Source of the DNA: Hemiscyllium ocellatum
Taxonomy: Eukaryota
Assembly: GCF_020745735.1 (NCBI RefSeq)
Contig: NC_083401.1
Location: forward strand, 112,837,740-112,901,739
Reading direction: 5' to 3'
DNA: 64,000 nucleotides
The notes below the pieces were generated by a model. The model saw nothing but the letters and a program-made list of their open reading frames with translations, did not search any database and was not told where the DNA came from. The translations under genes and the position numbers were made by a program. This document shows, in pieces, positions 14,701 to 26,484 of this stretch. Position 1 is the first letter of the stretch. Each line of letters starts with the position of its first letter.

Positions 14701-15567
14701 ACAATATATTTAGAGATGCTACTGGAAGTAGTGTAGACAATAGAAATTAGCAGGTGAAATGAGGGTAAGGAAGAAAATGTTGAAATCAGGGTTACTTATG
14801 CATGTTTGTGAATGCACAGAGTATAATAAATAAGGTTGGGTAGCTAGAGTCAGATTGCTTATAGGAATTTTGATGTTGTTGCAATAACAGAGACCTGATT
14901 CAAGGGAGGGCAAGACTGAATGTTAAATATTCCTGGTTACAAGGTATTTAGAAAAGATAGATAAGTGATGAAAGAAGGAGGGGTAGCAGTATTGGTCAAT
15001 GAAGCATTGTTTTGCTGGAGAAAGATTATGTCTCAAAGGGTCCAAGCACAGAATCAGTTGGGCTCAAACTAAGGAACAAAAAGGGTACGGTTACATTGCT
15101 AGGTATTGTCAATAGAGCACCAACTAGTGGAAAGGATGTAGAATTTGCAGAGAAATTACAGATAGATTTCAACGTTATAAGGTAATTATATGGGAGACTT
15201 CCATTGCTTAAATACAGACAGGGATAGTGAGGGGCAGGGTACAGGGTAGTGAGGGGCAAGTGTTCCTGAATTGTATGCATTAGAGCTTTCAACAGCAGTA
15301 TGTTTCCAGCCTAGTAATAAAGGATGCTCTGTTGGATCTACTTCTTGGAAATGATGTGGGCAAAGTGGATCAAGAATCAGCTGTGGAACATTTAGTCAGC
15401 AATGATCATAAGGTTCATAATGATGGAAGAGAATGATGTTTAAAGATACATAGTGTGAAAAATCAATTAGCAGAGTGTGGAATTTAATGAGGTGAGGACA
15501 GAGTTAGACAGGAAAAAAATGGAATAAGCAGTTGGTGGGCAAAACACTAACAGAACAATAGGTTACC

Positions 15568-15628
15568 TTCCTGATGAAGGGCTTATGTCCAAAACATCAA
15601 TTGTCCTGCTCCTTAGATGCTGCCTTCT
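15568..15628 (+). mobile_element. Short Penelope-like module (hammerhead core with GAAA mutated to AAAA) inserted in CR1
   Basis: ttcCTGATGAagggcttatgtccAAAAcatcaattgtcctgctccttagatgctgcct; flanked by repeated taccttc. Confidence 0.75.
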
Positions 15629-15781
15629 ACCTTCTCTCAACTACCTTCTAAGGGGAGATTTTGGTTTTGGATACAGAAAAGATATATTCCTTCAAATCAG
15701 CAAGGAAGGACAAATGAATCCAGAGTTCTTTGGATGACAAAAAAGGTGGAGGCTAACATAAGGAAGAATAAGTACTTATAG

Positions 15782-15930
15782 CATTTAAAAGACATTCAGA
15801 TAAATACTTGAATGGGCAAGATTTGGAGAGATATGGACCAAGTAGAGACAGGTGGGGCTGGTTTAGTTTGAGTATATGTTCAGTGTGGACTAATTGGACC
15901 AAAGAGTCTTTTCTGTGCTGCATGACTCTA
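15782..15930 (+). mobile_element. CR1 3' tail nested in older CR1
   Basis: catttaaaagacattcagataaatac...gatatggacc...tgcatgactctat. Confidence 0.7.
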
Positions 15931-16347
15931 TAAATTTATAAATGCCAGGGAGGAAATAAAATTGAAAAACAGGAAGAATTTCAAAGATTCAGCTGGGAGA
16001 TGAAAAACAAATATAAGAAGCAAAGGGGAATTATGAGAAAAGACTGGCAGACAACATAAAGAGGTGTCGCAAAGTTTTCTATGACAAGATAAATATTGAA
16101 AGGGTGGTAAAAGGAGGAGTCGGGCCAATTAGGGATCAAAAAGGATGTTAACTCCTTGAGGCAGAATATAGGCTGGTGTGTTAAATTTAATATTTTGCAT
16201 CTTTCTTCATCAAAGAAAGGCTGAGGTGACAGACGAGGGAACTCTGACATGAAAAATGTTCAAATTTTATAGAGCAGATGTGTTGGAGAGACTGCTGATA
16301 TTTAAAAGTGATGAGACACTAGGACCAAATGAGATGAATTCAAGAAT

Positions 16348-17402
16348 TGGTGGAGGGTTGTTTTTCAGACTGGAGCCCTGTGGCCAGTGGAGTGCCACAA
16401 GGATCAGTGCTGGGCCCTCTACTTTGTGTCATTTACATAAATGATTTGTACGCGAGCATAAAAAGTACAATTAGTAAGTTTGCAGATGACACCAAAATTG
16501 GAGGTGTAGTGGACAGTGAAGAGGGTTACCTCAGATTACAACAGGATCTGGACCAGATGGGCCAATGGGCTGAGAAGTGGCAAATGGAGTTTAATTCAGA
16601 TAAATGCGAGGTGCTGCATTTTGGGAAAGCAAATCTTAGCAGGACTTATACACTTAATGGTAAGGTCCTAGGGAGTGTTGCTGAACAAGAGACCTTGGAG
16701 TGCAGGTTCATAGCTCCTTGAAAGTGGAGTCGCAGGTAGATAGGATAGTGAAGAAGGCGTTTGGTATGCTTTCCTTTATTGGTCAGTGTATTGAGTACAG
16801 GAGTTGGGAGGTTATGTTGCAGCTGTACAGGATATTGGTTAGGCCACTATTGGAATATTGTGTGCAATTCTGGTCTCCTTCCTATCAAAAAGATGTTGTG
16901 AAACTTGAAAGGGTTCAGAAATGATTTACAAGGGTGTTGCTAGGGTTGGAGGGTCTGAGCTACAGGGAGAGGCTGAACAGGCTGGGACTGTTTTCCCTGG
17001 ATTGTCAGAGGCTGAAGGGTGACCTTATAGAGGTTTACAAAATTATGAGAGGCATGGATAGGATAAATAGACAAAGTCTTTTCCCTGGGGTCGGGGAGTC
17101 CAGACTAGAGGGCATAGGTTTAGGGTGAGAGGGGAAAGATATAAAAGAGACCTAAGGGGCAACTTTTTCACATAGAGGGTGGTACGTGCATGGAATGAGC
17201 TGCCAGAGGAAGTGGTGGAAGCTGGTACAATTGCAACATTAAAGAGGCATTTGGATGGGTATATGAATAGGAAGGATTTGGAGGGATATGGGCCTGGTGG
17301 TGGCAGGTGGGACTAGATGGGGTTGGGATATTTGGTTGGCATGGACGGGTTGGACGGAAGGGTCTGTTTCCATGCTGTACATTTCTATGACTCTATGACT
17401 CT
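16348..17402 (+). mobile_element. Young 5'-truncated CR1 LINE (RT C-terminal half, disrupted)
   Basis: SGVPQGSVLGPLL, ISKFADDTKIGG, WQMEFNSDKCEVLHFG, LVRPLLEYCVQFWSP, LGLFSL..RL.GDLIEVYKI; split by frameshift/stop into three ORFs; ends in ctatgactctatgactct; possible aat duplication at both ends. Confidence 0.95.
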
Positions 17403-18661
17403 AATGTGTAAGAAGTAAGAATGGAAATTGCAGGGGAACTGGCCACAATCTTCAGACTTCCCTAGATTCAGGAGAGGACTGGAGCATTGTAAGAATTATG
17501 GACTTGTTCAATGTAAGTGATAAGGATAAGCCCTGTAATTACAGGCGAGTCAGCACAAATTTAGTGGCAGAGAAGCTTGTAGAAACAATTACTCAGTAAA
17601 GAATTAGCAGTTATATGGAAAAATGAAATTTGATTGGGAAGAGTAAGCATGATTTTCTCAATGGGAAATCATGCTTATCTAAATTGCTATAGAGTTTTTG
17701 CAGAGTTAACAAGAAGGGTAATACTGTTGATGTGATATTCTTTTTTGACTTTAAGAAGGTTTGATACAGTGCCACACAACAGATTGGTGAGGAAGTTATA
17801 GATCATTGAATAAAAGACTCAGTGGCAACATGGATACAAAATTGGCTGAGTGATAGGAACAACAGATACGTTGAAAATGAGTATGTTTTGGGTAAAAGAA
17901 ACAAGAATGAGGGAGCACACATTAAAGTGGTCTGAATGAATGCACTAAGAAGTGAGGAGAAATATTTTCACACAGCGAGAAGTTAGAATATGGACTGCAC
18001 GGAAATTTGGTAGAGACAAGATACCATTGAAACATTAAAAACAGTATTGGATAATTATTTGGATTAAAGTAACATGCAAAATTACAGCAGAAATGCTAGA
18101 AATTGGCTTCAGGCAATGATGGAATAATGGGTAAAGTTGTCCCCATCAGCATCATAACTCTACTGTGGTACTGTGACAATAGGTGATTCTCACTTTCTTA
18201 AGCATTTCCTCACCTTCTGTAGTTAAATGGCAGTTTTCCACTTTTATCTGCAAATAATGGATGCTTCATCGCCTTTCAGAGCCATAAAAATCTCCTTGCA
18301 GAATTTTAAATTAAGTTCTTTGGTGATGGCCTTAATGGATCATCCTGTGAAATAACAGTTTAAGTCACAATTGTCCTGATCTTCAAACACCATCTTAACA
18401 TTCTTTTAAGTTGCTTCTTCCATTAGACTCTTTTTTCTATCTGGGTACTTTCCAATATTGCACCTCTGTTATAAAGTGCCTCATGGAGTTTACTCATTGT
18501 TGCAGTGATGCTCATTTTAAGAGATTAGGATTTTTCCTCAATCTCTTTCCTTTCTGTTTGGTCTTTGGGCCATTCTGAAAATGTTTTCATTAGTTGTTCT
18601 TCGATCTTTAACTTTTACTTCTGGAGTCTTCACTTACTTCCTACAGAAATTTGGTCTCTTA

Positions 18662-18830
18662 GTTCATAGACATGTGGAAACGCAGAAAATGGGAAGAGGA
18701 GTAGGTCATGCGACCCCTTGAGCCTGTTCCCCTATTCAATATGGTCATGGCTAATCATTGGGCTCAATGCCCCACTCCCGCCTTCTATCCATATCCTTTA
18801 GTCCCTTTAGCCACAAGATCGATATTTACC
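18662..18830 (-). mobile_element. CR1-type 3' tail
   Basis: ggaagaggagtaggtcatgcgaccccttgagcctgttcccctattcaatatggtcatggctaatc. Confidence 0.7.
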
Positions 18831-20799
18831 TCAAGTCTTTCACAAAGACTTGAAAACATGTCTTTGTGCAAGCAATTGGCTTTTTTCCTTGTATGGCTAG
18901 TTTTCCTCGCTCTACTGTTTTCACTGAACCTTTTACTAGCGCTTTGGCAAAGGTTTTCTCTTATGATGTTGTTTTTGATCTGTTGGCCATTGCTATGTTT
19001 ATTCTCTTGAAGCACTGTTTTTTAAAGTTGTAAAGTTACCTGTCTTCAAAATATTTTTTCTTCAGGGTTAACTGAAATTCAAATCTGCTTTGCTTTTTAC
19101 CAGGGTGCTTGTGGCTGGGGTTCTTTTCTGCCAGCATTTCATCTTTCTTCTCTTTGAAAACATCAAATTCACAAACGGTTAGACAGCCCTCCATGAGGCA
19201 CTGTAACACAATCAAATAGTTAATGGAAACTTACACAATAAATGAAACATTTTAAATCAAGGTATCATTTTCCATGGCAATGATGCATGCCATGCCAGCT
19301 GGTGCCTATTCATCTATTTCTCCTTTTTGTGCTGATCTAAGGATCTTCCATGAGGAAAGATAAAGGTTCCTAAGGAGAAGAAGAAGCAATTGTCTTACAT
19401 TACAAAATATGCATAATTCTAGAATTGCATTAACTAGTTAGATATCATTACAATTATCAGGAGATGGGTATGCCAGATCTTTGTATGCCAAAACTTTGTA
19501 CAAGACTAACATTATTCTCCTTACAAAGATTTTGTGACAATATTCAATTGGGTTGGATCTTGATTTCCTCGATAGACAATCATACTAGTTAATGAGTGAT
19601 TGCCAATGACGATGATAAATGGTGACAATATGGCTCAATATTAACTCATCCACAGCCATTATTTTATACAATAGTTGGCTCAAGTATCTTGCCTTCTTTT
19701 GACCAATAGTGCAAAACACCAACTGTTAACTTAGAATTCTGCTCATTTTACTCCAAATGTAAAATTTTCACCCGTTTAATTAACCTTCTAACATCCATTT
19801 GCGATATCTTGGATCTTCCCCACAACTTGCTTTCTGAGCTATCTTCATTTTGTTGGTGCATTTGACTGCAGATTCATCACAAGACAATGACATAAATTGT
19901 GAACAGTTGCTTCTCAATACCTGGATTCAGATCCAGAACATGCATGAATGCTGCAGTTTTGGGTTACTCATTTGAATATTTGCTTCAATATCACAGGAAA
20001 AGTCACATAAATATTTTGAAGTGGACTACCTAATCTTTGTAAAAAATGCACATTTAACCAGTTGTTAACCAGCTTTTTTTTCCCCCAATTGTATGTTCTC
20101 CACTTAGTTTTCACATATTTATCCACGGAGAGGTGGTGTTTGTGGTGGAAAAGCTAAATTGCTTTTGGTGTCAAAATGTTAAATGATAGTTAATGCTACT
20201 CTGAAGATAATATAAACCTATGCTTTCTGCCAGATCAAAGTATGACCACTAACACCTGAAAGATAATCAGAGTGCTGATGTAGCTATGTTTTTGTTAATT
20301 TTGTTTTGAGGTATATATACCGTTGCTCTCTATGTTCTAATTTCTTGAGGTAAAAGGAAAGTTCGGTACATCTATTAGTTACTCCATATTGGCAGTTCCA
20401 GGTTATTCATTTTTGACATACATTATGAAAATACTTTACATATAACATTGCTTGGAGGACTTAAGGTTTGAGGACATTGGAAAAAAGTAATTATTTTTCA
20501 TTTCCTAGCTAAACTTGGAGTAATTTCTTTAAAAAAGGTCATCAAAAGTTCATTTTGGACATTATTTCATTTTTTAAAACAGCTTCCTAGAAATTACAGC
20601 TTTAGTGATCACTATTTGCTTTGCTGTAAACCCTGACTTCGGCTGAAACTTCAGCAGTAAATGGTTTAGCGAGGTTCTAGTTTTCTCAATTTCAGTTGAA
20701 AAAGACCTAGCTGAGTTAGAGGAAAGATCGTGATGAACAATCTGCCTTGTTAATCTCTCCCATATATAAGAAAGAAACAACTTTTTACCTCAGGTTATG

Positions 20800-21378
20800 G
20801 TAAATCTTATTTCTTCTTTAGAAAGATTGATTGAAGGAAGATCTCAAACTGGGAATGCTTCAGCAAGCTGTGTTGGCAAGTTTTCAGAGACAACCAGATG
20901 TGATTTATGATTAGTGATTGACCAATTATGCCAGAGCATCAACGAAATAGCTTCCAGAGCATTCTGTGCTTTATCCTTTTGCCTTCAAGTATAACTCACT
21001 TAAAAAAAGTGGGAATTTTTTTCTGTTTCAGAAAGCCAATTCTGAAGAGAAAGCCGTTTTTTTCCCCTCAAGTGCGTGTGTGCATTTACATGTGTTTTTT
21101 GGGGTCATTTAGAAGGGTAATCATGCAAACCTACATAACATTGACTGTATATGTTCACTAAATGTTATATTTTTCTTAAATGCTTTCTTTTAATAATAAA
21201 GTCTTGAGTGTGTTTATTAAGAAAACTGATTGATTGAGTTGTTTTTGAGAACCTGAAGTAGATAAGGTATTTAATTAGTTATCTTTGTAACTAGAAATTG
21301 TTACTTTTAAATTATGTTGCGATCCATGGAATAGTGGGATTAGTGTGATGGTGTGTTCCTTCCGCCTAAGTCATAACG
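20800..21378 (+). mobile_element. Probable degraded solo LTR
   Basis: aataaa signal and terminal atgttgcgatccatggaatagtggga...gtcataac resemble Gypsy-type LTR 3' ends; 5' boundary not resolved. Confidence 0.3.
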
Positions 21379-21459
21379 CATATTAAAAATTATAGTTCAT
21401 AACAAAGTAATTGCTCATCCTCTCATTGCACTAAAGTTCCTTAGAAAGGATTATCCAAA

Positions 21460-21725
21460 CCCATGATCACTACCATCAAGAAGAACAAAGGTAGCAGATA
21501 TATGGCAACAATATCACCAGTAAGTTCTTCTCCAAGTCACATACCAATCTGACTTGGAAATATATCTTTAGTGTCGCTAGGTCAAAATCATGGAATTTCT
21601 TTTCTCATGGCATTGTGGGGTTATCACCAAATAGATTGCAGTGGTACAAGGAAGCAGCTCATCATCACCTTCTTAAGGGCAATCGGATAGGCAGTAAATG
21701 TTGTCCGAGCCAATGGTGTCCAATA
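21460..21725 (+). mobile_element. 3' end of a CR1/L2-superfamily LINE (same family as 60000-61950)
   Basis: ctaccatcaagaagaacaa...caagttc..ctccaagtcacatacc...caaggaagcagctcatcatcaccttcttaagggcaat matches 61567-61930. Confidence 0.7.
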
Positions 21726-22284
21726 AACGTATTTTAACATTGCATTTTTTTCATCAGCTCATTGATACTGGTAATATCCCGGATTGGCTTGTGAAGATTC
21801 ATATAACAGTCTGACAAGGGGTACGTTGCCTTTACTTTAAGGTAGGCAATGTGTGAAATACAGGGGAATTATTGAGAGAATAAATCATGAAGTTTCAGAA
21901 TGAACAACAATAAATTTTATTATGCAATGTTAAAAGGTGATACAAAGTATAATGCATGCTTATCTTATACTCTAACACTTGGAATTAATATGTGGTCAAC
22001 ACGGGTATTGATGCTGTGACCATCCAACAGAGCACGTAAAATAGCAAATGTGATAAAGAGAGATCCAATGGATTTCTCAACAACTCCCTCAGATGTTAGT
22101 CACATGGTGTGTCATCAAATTTCACTACATTTTGTAAGGGATCAAAATTCTGCATTTTGATAATTTGCCCTTGAGACTCATGCTGAAGAACCATTCTGTT
22201 ATGGTCTGCCTCAATGACTATTCCTGTTGAGTTGATTACCTTCCATTTGTGGTTCTGCGTTGACCTAGACTCTGAAGCTGTAGT

Positions 22285-22499
22285 GGAGAAAGTGAGGACT
22301 GCAGATGCTGGAAATCAGAGCTGAAAATGTGTTGCAGAAAAGCGCAGCAGGTAGCAGCATCCAAAGAGCAGGAGAATCGATGTTTCGGGCATAAGCCCTT
22401 CTTCCTGAAGAAGGGCTCATGCCCGAAACATCGATTCTCCTGCTCTTTGGATGCTGCCTGACCTGCTGCGCTTTTCCAGCAACACATTTTCAGCTCTGA
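22285..22499. mobile_element. Palindromic (fold-back) Penelope-like module with hammerhead core and 15-bp TSD
   Basis: ~90-bp arms inverted about cccttcttcctgaagaaggg; TSD ctctgaagctg(t/c)agt at 22270-22284 and 22494-22508. Confidence 0.9.
22402..22436 (+). ncRNA. Minimal type-I hammerhead ribozyme motif
   Basis: uuc-CUGAAGA-A-GGGC-UCAU-GCCC-GAAAC-AUC^GA; the ACGU palindrome has decayed to ACAU. Confidence 0.7.
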
Positions 22500-24182
22500 A
22501 GCTGCAGTCCAATACTCAGTAACAGGTATCACTGACAGCTGACCTCACTGAGCCAGACCTGCCTCTGGCCATTCCCTTGAGCTCCAATCTTGCTGAATAG
22601 CATCAAACAAATACAGCTTGTGAGCTTTCCAAACCCCACTCACTCAGCTGCTCACAGCTTCCTGCAATATTGAGCTAGCCACTTTCCAACGTTCTCTGCT
22701 TCCAGATCTTCCTCTGAGTTCTGAATCAACCACTCAGCTGCCTACCATTTCATAAAACTACTTGACAACACAGTTCTCTTGACTCCTCCCTGAACCCATT
22801 ACACAGAATCTCTTTATTTCAGCTGCCTTCTCTGGCAGTACTGTTAACAGCATCTTTCTGACAAAGTGTCTACATCCCTCTCACCTGCTTTCTTATTTGC
22901 TCATCACCATCTGTAACCTTTGAATTCCTTTTCAGTGATGTCTCAACTGTCCTAAATGATGTAGCAAAAACTTTACAATAATCCCCTTCCCTGTTGCTGG
23001 GCAGCATTGAAAGTCACTAACATTCTGAAACAGTCAAATATAGCATTTGCAAATAAGTGTGCTGTGCAGGTGTTATATTAGGAATTTGGGATTCTGGATT
23101 TTATCACAATATTTTTCAGTTCAGAAAAAAAACATCAGAATTGATTTAAAAGTAGGAGGACAAAAATATGTAATAGACTTCAAGAAAAATCACGAGTATG
23201 TGGCAATAAAGCTTATACATGCAAGAAGATTAAATAATGAGTGTTATGTTGAAAGTGTAATTTATTAATAATATGATATTGTGGATCTGTGTATCATTTT
23301 ATATTTTAAATTCACTTTTCAAGCTGAGAAACATTTTATGAGGTTGAAGACTATGCCAATTGCTATAGAAACACTGAGTTATCATAGTTCCTTTCACTAT
23401 TCTGTTAGAGAATATATCATGTAAACTAAATAATGAAGTATGTACGTAGATATTAAAAAAATACAGGTGATTGTTCAAAATGAAAGCTGAGTCGGACACT
23501 TTAGCATAAGTAATGAAAAACTGTGGAAGTGTGAAAGGCTTGCCATTGTATTAACTAACTCTTAAACTGAGTACTGGATGAATAATTAAAACAAATTACA
23601 TCCAACAAATATAACTAATTCTGTGGCACATTTTGAATGCCACATTTTGAATGAATGTGTTGGATGAAAAATTAAAATTCAATCATCAACAAAAAATTAC
23701 AATTATATAACATGTTTAACAGAGAAGAACAGCATAATTCATAATTGAGGTGGGATGAGAGGTCAAACCAAAGCAGTAATTGAAGGCTGATGGTCTTGCA
23801 GATAAACTCAGTTTGAGGAGTGAGATATTATGTGGATAGCTTTAATAAGACAATGCACTTTAAGACCAGAGTTGCAAAGTGTGTAGCCTAGTTGGATAAT
23901 CAACCTGTTGTCCTTGCTCAGAATAAAGCTAATTCTAAGTTAAATATCAGCAACGACTGTTGCTCTCTTCAAAGCGCTAAAAAAGTACTGTATCAGAATG
24001 TACGAAACCTGCATGAGAATCTGGTGAGAAAGGATATGATATTCTCATTTAATTATACCAATGCTTGCCAAACTGCTTCTCCTCTCTACCTTCTGTAAAA
24101 CGTAGCTTCTCTAAAGCTCCAGTAAAGAACTTGTTAAGAAATAAGCTTATCTTATTACAATATTCCAAATGTCAGCTAGCTT

Positions 24183-24500
24183 CAACAAAACCAAAAATTG
24201 CTATAAACTCTCAGCAGGACTGGCAGCATCTGTGGAGAGAAATCAAAGTTAACATTTCTGGTCCAATAAATCTTCTTCAGAACTGATAGTAGCTCAAAGA
24301 AGGATTTTTTAAATATGTAATATTGTGTGTGGTTGGGCGTGGGGGGAGAGCAAATGAAAGGTGGAAATAGAAGTGAAAGAGAGAGAAAAACAGTTGGATA
24401 GATAAAGGATTGGTTAAAAGTCAGTCTGGGGGAATGAATAGCTACTAATGGGAACATTTGGTGTCAGACAGTGGGTAATGTAATGACAAGGTCTGGTGTG
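24183..24500 (-). mobile_element. Penelope-like 3' fragment (second subfamily), longer copy
   Basis: Minus strand CT-rich UTR, then ttCTGAAGAagatttattggaccaGAAAtgtta...cagatgctgccagtcctgctgag. Confidence 0.65.
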
Positions 24501-24617
24501 CTTCCAAAATCTGCAGTTACTTTGGATTTTTGTCAGTTAGCTCCAAAAGCCTCAAATTTAAGAAAAAACCTTTCTGTGGAATGTTATAAGGGTCTGAACA
24601 ATGTGACCTTTCTATAT

Positions 24618-24823
24618 CAGAGTCGAAAAGCGTGGCGCAGGTCAGGCAGCATCCAAGGAGCAGGAGACTTGACATTTCGAGCATAAGTCCATCATTCCTG
24701 ATGAAGGACTTATGCCTGAAACATCAATTCTCTTGCTCCTCGGATGCTGCTTGACACACTGTGCTTTTCCAGCACCGTACTTTTCAACTCTGATGTCTAG
24801 CATCTGTGGTCCTCACTTTCTCC
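24618..24823 (+). mobile_element. Fold-back Penelope-like module with 14-bp TSD
   Basis: Arms invert at catcattcCTGATGA; TSD tgacctttct(a/g)tat at 24604-24617 and 24824-24837. Confidence 0.85.
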
Positions 24824-25391
24824 TGACCTTTCTGTATTACCCTGGATGTCTCCCTTGGTTCCCTGGAAACAGCAGCTGCCAAGAATAATTGTATATTACA
24901 GTCACCTTGAGGGACACTGGCATGTTGTTCCTCACAAATCCACTGAACTGCAGGATGCGACATAACCTTCCTGAGACAGCTTAACCACCTCTGCCATTGC
25001 TTTTTTTGACATAAATATAACTTGATACAAGTATGTCCATCTGTTATGATCCATTCCTTGGATCCTGCCTTCCTCAGGCTGGCTGCTATTGTCCTTGCAG
25101 CCTCCATTCTTCACTCAGAACAGCCCTCATTTGTTGTATCCTCTCCTCCTATTCTGACGCTTGCAAGAAATTGCTTCATGGTATAACTACGTATTTCTGC
25201 AATAAGGAGTTTCCTTATGATGAAAGGTTGATCAGGTTGTTTCGATACTCATTGGAATATCGAAGAACAAAAGGTGATTTTCTTGAAACATATTAGCTTA
25301 CCTGACTAGGTCACCACTGAGTTCTTGTGCAGAGGGCTCAGCTGAGGACCTTGACAGGCCAACATACAGGAGAGGGCTGCAATTACAGCTT

Positions 25392-25488
25392 TTGGATTAG
25401 TGGTGCTGGAAGAGCACAGCAGTTCAGGCAGCATCCGAGGAGCAGCAAAATCGATGTTTCGGGCAAAAGCCCTTCATTAGGAATTTAC
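25392..25488 (-). mobile_element. Penelope-like module with 15-bp TSD
   Basis: Minus strand attcCTAATGAagggcttttgcccGAAAcatcga; perfect direct repeat ctgcaattacagctt at 25377-25391 and 25489-25503. Confidence 0.85.
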
Positions 25489-26264
25489 CTGCAATTACAG
25501 CTTCCATACCTACGGCCACCTTTGGGTGCACAGATTGTCAAATCCTATGCCCTCTCTCTGAGGTTGCAGCAACATTCCAATTCAAGTCTGTAGAAATACT
25601 CCCAGAAACATCCATATTACTTTCAGACACTGTAACGCAGAGGTTTTTCAAATCACCTGACTTACAAGCTGGATACCTGGCTCTTTAAATCACACTGATA
25701 CAGGCTTCATTTTGTGCTGTAAACTCAATCTTTGTAGAGTGATGTTAAAATTGATTAACTAGGCCTGCTTAGTGTTGTATGATGGCAGGATCAAATGGAT
25801 TGTAACATACACATGGACACCTACCCCAAGTAGGGATGCTGCCTGAGCGATTTTGGAAATAACTGATGTTAGGACATCCACGATTGGAAAAGTGCAAAAC
25901 TCATGTAGTGCCATCTCAAACTGCACCATTGGAGCCATATTTATGCACTCTATGTTTAAGAAGAGAAAGGAAATACAATTTTCTGAATCATTGTAACGAT
26001 TACAATAACTTCATCTTGTTATGATACTGGCATGATGAATAAATAGCTCCAATTTTTAGCTGGACCATGAAAAGGTATCTACCTGCCTATGTAATGAAAT
26101 AACATGCCCCCAATCCTTGGCTGTCGAAGTGCAAATTGAAATTCATTTTGCTTCACAGCTCCAAGAGGATGTGCTTATGATCTAATCGGGAAATATATGA
26201 TCCCTTTGCACAGACTATTCAATTCAGGGTTATTCTTGTATTCCTCCTGGTAGAAAAGTGAGTA

Positions 26265-26484
26265 CAGGTAGCCCCTGCTATTCGAAAGTAGAGTGTTCCC
26301 AGGAAACCTTTTGTAAGCTGTAAATAGTGTAAAGCGAACTTGTGTGATTTATATGGGAAAAAAGTATCACCGTTTTTTGTAAAAGCGAAAATCCTCTTCG
26401 GATTTGCGAAAACTGGTACTAATATAAGTCTTTCGTAAGTGTGAATTTGTGTAAAGCAAATGTTTGAAAAGCGGGAGATATCTG
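26265..26484. mobile_element. Tc1/mariner (Tigger/pogo-type) MITE
   Basis: TA|caggtagcccctgctattcgaaa ... tttgaaaagcgggagatatctg|TA: ~23-bp imperfect TIRs, TA TSD, internal gtaaagcgaa repeats. Confidence 0.75.

Larger units (their letters stand above)
14790..18175 (+). mobile_element. Old CR1 LINE ORF2 relic (APE endonuclease to RT to 3' end) carrying nested insertions
   Basis: Translates CMFVNAQSIINKVG...FDVVAITET (APE N-terminus); RT-region remnants (GKSCLS, DF.K.FDTVPH) at 17660-17780; many stops and frameshifts. Confidence 0.8.
21810..23107 (-). mobile_element. Possible degraded LTR (reverse orientation)
   Basis: tgacaaggg ... tatcaca ends, tttatt near the left end, CT-rich body; weak. 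Confidence 0.25.

Noticed and set aside
16347-17128. Functional reverse transcriptase gene
   Set aside because: 5'-truncated CR1 copy broken by a frameshift and a stop.
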